NCBI GenBank assembly: GCA_002687175.1 | Contig: NYZP01000019.1 | Span: 14,629-78,628, forward strand | Length of the DNA: 64,000 nucleotides | Direction of reading: 5' to 3' | DNA from: Parcubacteria group bacterium | Lineage (GTDB): Bacteria > Patescibacteriota > Patescibacteriia > Buchananbacterales > UBA6539 | In this document: piece by piece, positions 57,842 through 64,000 of the stretch | Numbering within the stretch: position 1 is the stretch's first letter | How the letters are laid out: each line of letters opens with the position of its first letter | The notes under the pieces: model-generated | The model's database searches: none | The model's input: only the letters and a program-made list of their open reading frames with translations | Told to the model about the DNA's origin: nothing | Program-made: the position numbers and the translations under genes

Positions 57842-58750
57842 TTATTTTTGTATTCCTTTTAAATTATTAATAGTTGTGGCAATCCCTTCTTCTAAATCAC
57901 CCTGAGCGGTAAATCCTTTTTGGGCTATCTTGTCAATTTTAACATCATAAGACAATTGATTCATAATTTCTGATTCAACCATCTTTACCTCTAAATCTGG
58001 AATAAACTTCTTAATTGTTTCGATAATATCTTTGACCGCCAAATTTGCAGTCACCACATTATAAATTTCTTCGTCAAATATATCTTTATTTAGAATTAAA
58101 TTTATTGCCTTAACGCAATCAGCTAAATCTAAATAAGGTCTTTTTTGATCCATGGCAGTTTGCCAAACAGTTACCGGCTGACTATTGACCGCTTGCCAGG
58201 TAAATTTATTAACCGCCGTATGGAAACGCATGCCAACTGACCAACCAAAAATAGTACCGAACCGACAAATCACATATTTTAAACCTTTAATCTTTAATTC
58301 AGCTAAATATTTTTCGGCATCGATCTTTGATTGAGCATAAGGACTTTGAGAATTAACTTCACTGGTTTCATCAACAATTGACTCTTTACTACCATATACA
58401 CTAGTAGTTGAGGGAAAAATTAATTTAACATTTTTTTCCAAACATTGATCAGCAACTTTTTTTAAACCATCAAGGTTAACTCGCTCAACTTCTTCTGGTT
58501 CTTTTGTCGAATAAGTAGCATCGGTAATTGCCGCTAAATGAATTACCGCTTCTACACCATCAAGTGGCAAAGCAGTATCTAAAATATCACCCTGAATGAA
58601 TTGATATTTTTTATCAGTTGGTAAATTAAAAAGTGAGGCATATCGCTGGGTAACTAAATTATCAACTAAAATAATTTCTTCAGCCTCAATTTCTCTGATT
58701 AATTTTGAACCGATGTGACCAAGAGCACCGGTAACTAAGACCTTCTTCAT
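57842..58750 (-). CDS. NAD-dependent nucleotide-sugar epimerase/dehydratase (SDR)
   Basis: VLVTGALGHIGSKL Rossmann motif. A YAQSKIDAEKY catalytic YxxxK. Confidence 0.7.
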   Translation of the reverse strand: MKKVLVTGALGHIGSKLIREIEAEEIILVDNLVTQRYASLFNLPTDKKYQFIQGDILDTALPLDGVEAVIHLAAITDATYSTKEPEEVERVNLDGLKKVADQCLEKNVKLIFPSTTSVYGSKESIVDETSEVNSQSPYAQSKIDAEKYLAELKIKGLKYVICRFGTIFGWSVGMRFHTAVNKFTWQAVNSQPVTVWQTAMDQKRPYLDLADCVKAINLILNKDIFDEEIYNVVTANLAVKDIIETIKKFIPDLEVKMVESEIMNQLSYDVKIDKIAQKGFTAQGDLEEGIATTINNLKGIQK

Positions 58751-58752
58751 AA

Positions 58753-59724
58753 TTATTTTTTAATTCTTTCCTTGGTTAACTTTAGACCTTCAGCTAGTGA
58801 ATATTTCGGTTGCCAATCAATTAAGCCCCGAAGTTTGTCTGAAGAAAATAATACTTTTTCAATTTCAATACGTTTACGTAAATCAGGCCACGGTTCAAAT
58901 TCTACTTTAATTTGACCAAATGTTTCGGCAATGGCCTCAGCAATTTCCTTAACACTATGATGATCAGTATGAGTTGCAAAATAAGATTCCCCAAATAATT
59001 TAGAACTATGAGCTGCTTGCCATAAAATTTCGGTTGCGTCATCGACAAACATCACATTTCTAGTCTGATGGCCATCACCAAAAATTTTAATTGGTTCATT
59101 GTCAGCAGCTAAACCAATAAAATAATTTACAAAACCAAAGGCTGGATCCTTTTTGCCATAAGGACCATACAAATTGGCAAATCGTAAGACGACTGTTTTA
59201 ATATCATAAACCGTATTAAAAACTCGATAATATTTTTCGGCTACTCCTTTGTTAGTCGAGTAGATGTCTAATGGGCGCTCACCATGATTTTCATCAATCA
59301 CGTCACCAACCGCTTTACCAACAACTGTTGAGGATGATGGATAAACCACTACCGCGTCTTTGGCATGATCACGAACAGTTTCTAAAAGTTTAATGTTACC
59401 AATGCAGTTAACTTCTGTATCAAAAACAGGATCTTTAAAAGATAAAGTGTGAGAAGTTTGGGCAGCACAATTAAAAATAATATCTTGACCAGTTACTACT
59501 TCCTGAAGTAATTTTCTATCTAAAATATCACCTTCAATAAAGGTGATTTTATCCATGACATCAGCCAAGGTATCTTTGGTGCTTAACAATTTTGGATCTA
59601 GAGAATCAACGGCAGTTACTGCAATATTTTCTTCTTGAAGTACCCGACGAACCAAGTTTGAACCTAAGAAGCCGGCAGCCCCTAAAATTAGCACTTTTTT
59701 TGGGTTTTTTAAGCTATTTTCCAT
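58753..59724 (-). CDS. NAD-dependent nucleotide-sugar epimerase/dehydratase (SDR)
   Basis: VLILGAAGFLGSNLVRRV Rossmann motif. A YSTNKGVAEKY YxxxK. Confidence 0.7.
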   Translation of the reverse strand: MENSLKNPKKVLILGAAGFLGSNLVRRVLQEENIAVTAVDSLDPKLLSTKDTLADVMDKITFIEGDILDRKLLQEVVTGQDIIFNCAAQTSHTLSFKDPVFDTEVNCIGNIKLLETVRDHAKDAVVVYPSSSTVVGKAVGDVIDENHGERPLDIYSTNKGVAEKYYRVFNTVYDIKTVVLRFANLYGPYGKKDPAFGFVNYFIGLAADNEPIKIFGDGHQTRNVMFVDDATEILWQAAHSSKLFGESYFATHTDHHSVKEIAEAIAETFGQIKVEFEPWPDLRKRIEIEKVLFSSDKLRGLIDWQPKYSLAEGLKLTKERIKK

Positions 59725-59825
59725 TTAAAATTAGTGGTTACTAATACAAAATAATAACACAAAAGGTATAAAATTACAAGGGTTTAATGTTCATTGACAA
59801 AGTCAAGTATTTTTAATAGGATTAA

Positions 59826-60908
59826 TTGTTGGCATTACGTCAATTTGCACCTATAAAACTCAGAGGAGAGATACTGATGGAAATTACATTGTTTGATTTC
59901 GTGCTTCATGTCATGGAAGAGATTGACAAGCAACGCATTCGGCTCAAAGATCAGATCTCCCAAGCGGTTGAGTCAACTGATCGAGGTAAACAACAAGCTC
60001 GGCTGGAACAATGGATTTATGATTTTCTCAAACAAGAAGTCATGGAATCACTCAAGTCGATGAATGCGGGGGTTCGGCTCAATGCTGAAGGTTATGAACC
60101 AGTAGAAAACGGCTTACCGGTAGAACAAGTGATCAATATTGATCCTTGGGATGGCACGGCCAATGGTTGTCGCTTCATAGATGGCGGTCAGCAAATTGGC
60201 TCCTCCTTTGCGACGGTGATCTCGGTAATGCCGGAAATGGAAAATACGACGTTTGGTGATGTTTAAATCGGCGCTGGACTTGACCTTCGTACCGGACAGT
60301 ATTGGATTGCTGAAGTAGGACGAGGGGCTTTTAGTGGAATTGAGGCAGCTCAAAGATCAACAATTCAAAGATCAGAAATACAACAGCTGGCTCCAAATCC
60401 TCAGTACCACCGCCACAGTCCATTACTGGCCTCTGAGTTCTGTCGTCAGATCAATTGGCTCACTCGTTTGCTGATCAACCAACCAGTTGAATGGACCGAC
60501 TGCGCTAGCAGTTTCATCAACATGCTACGGGTTGCTCTTGGTGAAACTGACTGTTTCTTCAATAATGTTTTCCCATCAATCTCCAAGGAGGGACAGCGTG
60601 GACACGAACTTGGTGCCATGATGCCGTTCATTAAAGAACTTGGGGCTTGTGCCATTGATACCAGAACTGGTAAAAATCTAATGACAACACCTTTCACCTT
60701 TGACGGTATGACACCGGTGATGATCGGCGTTGACGAAGATACGGTCAAGTACTACAAAGAAATGATGGAGGAAAATCTTGAACAAGAAATTCAAATTTAT
60801 CCTGGGCTGGCTATAAAGCTTCGAGATCTGATTCCGGCCATTCATAACGGAATTGGCACTCAGCGCTGGTCTCATCGAGATCTACCACGAGCTAAAGTCG
60901 AAGTTTAA
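59826..60908 (+). pseudogene. GC-rich inositol-monophosphatase-like gene split by one in-frame TAA (two ORFs in the same frame)
   Basis: ORFs 59826-60266 and 60468-60908 are in the same frame, with no other stop between them. The first contains the IMPase-family DPxDGT-like block INIDPWDGTANGCRF. A strong RBS (GAGGAGAG) precedes the internal ATG at 59877. Both annotated ORF starts are TTG. GC is ~45% against ~30% background. A terminator follows at 60920-60950. Confidence 0.5.
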
Positions 60909-60919
60909 ACATTGTTCTT

Positions 60920-60950
60920 TATTTCTGCCATTCCATTGGAGTGGCTCTTT
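60920..60950 (+). terminator. rho-independent terminator
   Basis: GCCATTCC-ATT-GGAGTGGC hairpin (8-bp stem, one G-U pair) followed by TCTTTTTTT. Confidence 0.6.
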
Positions 60951-60957
60951 TTTTACT

Positions 60958-62013
60958 TTAAAGTTCTAACAAAATATTTTTAAAAGTCTCACCAATCTTT
61001 TTTGATGTAATTTCTGCTTTAAACAACTGATAACCATTGTTGGCAATCTTGTCTGCGAAATCTGGATTATTTTTTAGTTCTAAAATCTTTACCGCTAAAT
61101 CCTTGCCATCAGCACCCTTACAAAACAAGATATGTTCCCGGTCAACAAAAAATTCTTGCATTGCTGGAGTGTCAGCGGTGATTACCGGTTTTTTTAAAGC
61201 CATGGCCTCAATTACTTTAAAAGCCGCAGTCATGTAGGACTTTTGAACATGGCCAAACATTCCTAAACAAATATCAGAAACTGCCATTTGCTCAGCCAAT
61301 TTTTCGTACGGTAGTAGATCAATAAAGTTAACTCTGGCTAAACTGTTTTTTCTACAATAATCTATTTCTTTATGATAATTGCCCAATTTTCCAATAATAT
61401 TAAAGGTTATACCTTCATTTTTTAATTCTTCGGCGGCTTTAATAATATAATCCACCCCTTGAACCGGGGCATAACTGCCGTGAAAATGGACGATAAAGTC
61501 ATCACCATCTCTTTTAATATCTCGAGGATAAAAAATATCTTCATCACAACCAATTTCTAGTCGTCTAAATTTCTTCTTTGAAATTTTAAAAGTTTTTACA
61601 AAATAATCAATATGGGTATTAGTTTCTAATAAAACTCTGTCCGGCAAAAAACTGGCCAACCAATCCATAAAATAATATTTCAAACCCCAAAAACTGTATT
61701 TTGAATGGGCCTTACGATCAAAGATAACTGAATCATATTCCGAAACAAACATGTCAATGACTAACTTTTTTCCATTTAGTTTAGCTAACAACCAAGCCAA
61801 AGGCATAATGGCATGTCCAGCAAAACCAACCACCATCACGTCATAGTTATTCTTAACAGCTTTATGTTTTTTTATTAAATCAAAATATTTCCTTTTTGAT
61901 TTTAGTTCTGTCCGGCACTCGATCACTTCAATACCATTTTCTTTTAAACCCTTTATATTAATTCTATTGCGAGTATACAAAGGATCAAATGTTCCAAAAT
62001 AACAAACCTTCAT
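60958..62013 (-). CDS. GT4-like glycosyltransferase (GT-B fold)
   Basis: C-terminal block AAFKVIEAMALKKPVITADTPAMQEFF (EX7E-like). 351 aa. Confidence 0.65.
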   Translation of the reverse strand: MKVCYFGTFDPLYTRNRINIKGLKENGIEVIECRTELKSKRKYFDLIKKHKAVKNNYDVMVVGFAGHAIMPLAWLLAKLNGKKLVIDMFVSEYDSVIFDRKAHSKYSFWGLKYYFMDWLASFLPDRVLLETNTHIDYFVKTFKISKKKFRRLEIGCDEDIFYPRDIKRDGDDFIVHFHGSYAPVQGVDYIIKAAEELKNEGITFNIIGKLGNYHKEIDYCRKNSLARVNFIDLLPYEKLAEQMAVSDICLGMFGHVQKSYMTAAFKVIEAMALKKPVITADTPAMQEFFVDREHILFCKGADGKDLAVKILELKNNPDFADKIANNGYQLFKAEITSKKIGETFKNILLEL

Positions 62014-63273
62014 CTAGTTTTTTATAATTTCTAAAAACTTATTAATGATCGCATCGTAAGTATAGTTTTCTAAAACTCTCTTCCGAGCATTGTCGCCCAA
62101 TTTCTTGGCCAAAGCCTCATCTTTTAAAATATTAATTACCGAGTTAGCCAAAGTGACTGAATCTCTAACTGGCACCACAAAACCGGTCTGACCATTAATA
62201 TTTATTTCTGGACTGGCTCCGGCATCAGAAGTAACCACTGGTACTCCACAAGACATTGCCTCAATAGTGACTTGACCAAATGCCTCCATCCAGATGGACG
62301 GCACAACAAACACGTCAGAGGCATTAATATATTTTACTAAATCCTTGAACGGTTTTTTACCAACAGCTTGAACATTATTTTGTAAGTTCAAATCACCAAT
62401 TAACTTATTCATCCACTCGCTCTCTCCTCCTCCACCAATGATTACCAAATTTGAATTAGGAACTTCAGTAATAATTTTTTGCATCGCATCAAGCAAAACA
62501 CCAATGCCTTTTTCGGCAAAATTTATTCGACCAATAAATAAAACTACTTTTTCACCTTTAATTCCCAGCTCTTGCCGTAATTCAGATTTTCTATTCAACG
62601 GTTTAAATAAATCTTCTTCAATGGCCACACCTAAGTCAACCGCTTTTGTTTGATCAAGACGGAAGGCCTTACTTTCTTCAATTGCTGCTTTACTTAAAAA
62701 AACTATTTTGTCAGCATTATCATAAATTGACTTGGCAAAAATTTGTTGAGATTTTTTATCCAATAAAAACTTTAATATTATATTAACGCCAAAATTCCGT
62801 AATACTTTATGCCAACGACGATTAGCAAAAATTTCTTCCGGACCACGTTTAAAATGCCACTGCCAAGCAGTAATTTGCCGAAAATAAAATGGTACTCCCA
62901 ATTGCTCTTTAATTTGGGCAATAGCGTAACCGCTTTCCCTAGCCTGCCAAACATAGACTAGATCTACCGAGTTTTGTTTGACTACTTTTAAAGTTACTTT
63001 TTGGGTTTGTTTAATATAAAGCCGTCTAATAATCTTGTTAATTGGCCACAACCAAATTTTATTAACCATTAATGGCCAAAAACGGATAATTTTTACACCA
63101 TCAACTTCTTTACTGCCGCGTTTAGTCAAACTTAACCACGGACAAACCACATAGACTTGATGGCCTTGTTTAACCAACTTCCGCATTTTTTCAATAAAAT
63201 AATGATACGTTCCGAGATGTTCTCCCAACTCTTTTTCAGTACCAAATTTATAAGCCACTACACAAATTTTCAT
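62014..63273 (-). CDS. GT4 family glycosyltransferase
   Basis: EAFGQVTIEAMSCGVPVVTSDAGASPEII EX7E block. GIGVLLDAM loop. 419 aa. Confidence 0.8.
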   Translation of the reverse strand: MKICVVAYKFGTEKELGEHLGTYHYFIEKMRKLVKQGHQVYVVCPWLSLTKRGSKEVDGVKIIRFWPLMVNKIWLWPINKIIRRLYIKQTQKVTLKVVKQNSVDLVYVWQARESGYAIAQIKEQLGVPFYFRQITAWQWHFKRGPEEIFANRRWHKVLRNFGVNIILKFLLDKKSQQIFAKSIYDNADKIVFLSKAAIEESKAFRLDQTKAVDLGVAIEEDLFKPLNRKSELRQELGIKGEKVVLFIGRINFAEKGIGVLLDAMQKIITEVPNSNLVIIGGGGESEWMNKLIGDLNLQNNVQAVGKKPFKDLVKYINASDVFVVPSIWMEAFGQVTIEAMSCGVPVVTSDAGASPEININGQTGFVVPVRDSVTLANSVINILKDEALAKKLGDNARKRVLENYTYDAIINKFLEIIKN

Positions 63274-64000
63274 ACAAATTGTTCAACAATTTTTTTAACT
63301 AGATTATCTAGGTTATGATTGTCTACAACTTCTTGTCTTAACTGTTTACGTAACTGAATGGCTTTATCTTTAAGATCAAATAATGATCTAATACTTTCTG
63401 CCAAAGCCTTTGGATTATTTTGTTCAACCATTAATTCTAAAGGCAAAATATTTTTAAAGGCTTCATTACTGGTTAACACTAAAGTCCCCGAAGCCATGGC
63501 TTCTAAAACCGCCTTATCAATGCTGCCCGTTCCACTAAGGTTTATAAAAGCATCCGCTATCCTTAAATAATCCGGGATTTGAGAATTTTTAATAGCCCCC
63601 AAAAAATGAACTTGCTCACTTAAATTCATCTTAGTCACCATGGTTTTAAGATTTTCTTCATAGGCCTTGTGATTCTCAAGACCTGGCTGACCAATGATAG
63701 TTAGGATAACATTTTTATCATCTAAAATATCAACGGCTTTAATCATTGTTTCATAATCCTTGGTTGGTGAAATTCGACCGATTGACATTAAATTGAATTC
63801 ATCTGTATCCTGACCATAGAAGCCGGGACTAAATTTTTCAGTATCAATTCCATGTCCGGTTATTTTTAATTTTTTGGTATCTAAACGAAAACTTTCCTTA
63901 GAAGCTGATAAAACAACATCTGCCAACTTTTCCATTTTTTTCATTTTATAATCAACTTGTTTATGCATATACCAGCTAACAACTTTTTTCTTATGTCGTT
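63270..64000 (-). CDS. GT4 family glycosyltransferase, C-terminal portion (gene continues beyond window end)
   Basis: EX7E block KAVLEAMASGTLVLTSNEAF. The reading frame stays open upstream of the listed ATG to the window edge (...RHKKKVVSWYMHKQ...), so the N-terminal domain lies outside the window. Confidence 0.7.
   Translation of the reverse strand, partial: RHKKKVVSWYMHKQVDYKMKKMEKLADVVLSASKESFRLDTKKLKITGHGIDTEKFSPGFYGQDTDEFNLMSIGRISPTKDYETMIKAVDILDDKNVILTIIGQPGLENHKAYEENLKTMVTKMNLSEQVHFLGAIKNSQIPDYLRIADAFINLSGTGSIDKAVLEAMASGTLVLTSNEAFKNILPLELMVEQNNPKALAESIRSLFDLKDKAIQLRKQLRQEVVDNHNLDNLVKKIVEQFV

Noticed and set aside
35434-63570. Small ORFs 35434-35622, 36199-36456, 37602-37793, 40485-40707, 41178-41414, 43538-43729, 46444-46689, 46991-47182, 50446-50682, 51447-51731, 51900-52109, 52285-52479, 54933-55148, 60114-60353, 60446-60748, 60678-60875, 61037-61237, 62438-62653 and 63358-63570 nested in larger genes
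   Set aside because: All are antisense to, or out of frame with, well-supported biosynthetic genes. They are low-complexity alternate-frame translations.
1-64000. CRISPR arrays, rRNA genes, integrases or transposases
   Set aside because: No regularly spaced direct repeats, no rRNA-like conserved blocks and no recombinase or transposase-like ORFs were seen. The GC-rich insertions lack any adjacent integrase in this window.

Overview
The window is AT-rich (~30% GC) and is almost entirely one very large cell-surface glycan biosynthesis locus. The codon usage, weak Shine-Dalgarno usage and gene content resemble a small-genome, possibly CPR/Patescibacteria-like, bacterium. Genes are packed tightly, with many 1-30 bp start/stop overlaps. 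The longest run is on the minus strand from ~64000 down to 31091 (about 33 kb), interrupted only by one plus-strand cupin gene and a GC-rich insert. Contents of the locus are: (i) at least 9 GT4 (GT-B) glycosyltransferases. (ii) 4 GT2 polyprenyl-phosphate sugar synthases and a GtrA-family protein. (iii) an initiating polyprenyl-phosphate sugar phosphotransferase, a Wzx-like flippase, and an O-antigen-ligase/Wzy-like protein fused to TPR repeats. (iv) 5-6 large polytopic membrane proteins, at least one ArnT/PMT-like, that look like GT-C transferases. (v) nucleotide-sugar tailoring enzymes: N-terminal fragment of RmlB (dTDP-glucose 4,6-dehydratase), RmlC-like cupin, RmlD-like reductase, a UXS-like UDP-glucuronate decarboxylase, several SDR epimerases, two DegT-family aminotransferases, a formyltransferase next to a NodB-type deacetylase (ArnA/ArnD-like pair), and a sugar C-methyltransferase-like enzyme. 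(vi) an unusual concentration of radical SAM enzymes: five paralogous B12-binding radical SAM proteins, each next to a GT, plus two non-B12 radical SAM proteins, one with a SPASM-like Cys-rich tail, interleaved with three class I SAM methyltransferases. Housekeeping and stress genes (HIT hydrolase, VanZ, 2-Cys peroxiredoxin, CFA-synthase-like methyltransferase, CutA) and an S8 subtilase fused to FG-GAP repeats are embedded in the locus. Three short GC-rich (45-55%) segments stand out against the AT-rich background. Their genes have strong AAGGAG-type ribosome-binding sites and their own terminators: a 3-gene cassette (9805-10899), a small zinc-ribbon gene (12977-13249), and an inositol-monophosphatase-like gene split by a single in-frame TAA (59826-60908). 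A ~250 nt GC-rich non-coding segment (9455-9745) has a sigma70-like promoter, a GGTTCGAATCC T-loop-like motif and a terminator hairpin, and is a candidate small structured RNA. Two related ~100-120 bp palindromic MITE-like elements, with TGTCATT..GAG terminal inverted repeats and internal GC hairpins, fill two intergenic gaps. No CRISPR array, rRNA or complete tRNA cloverleaf was found.
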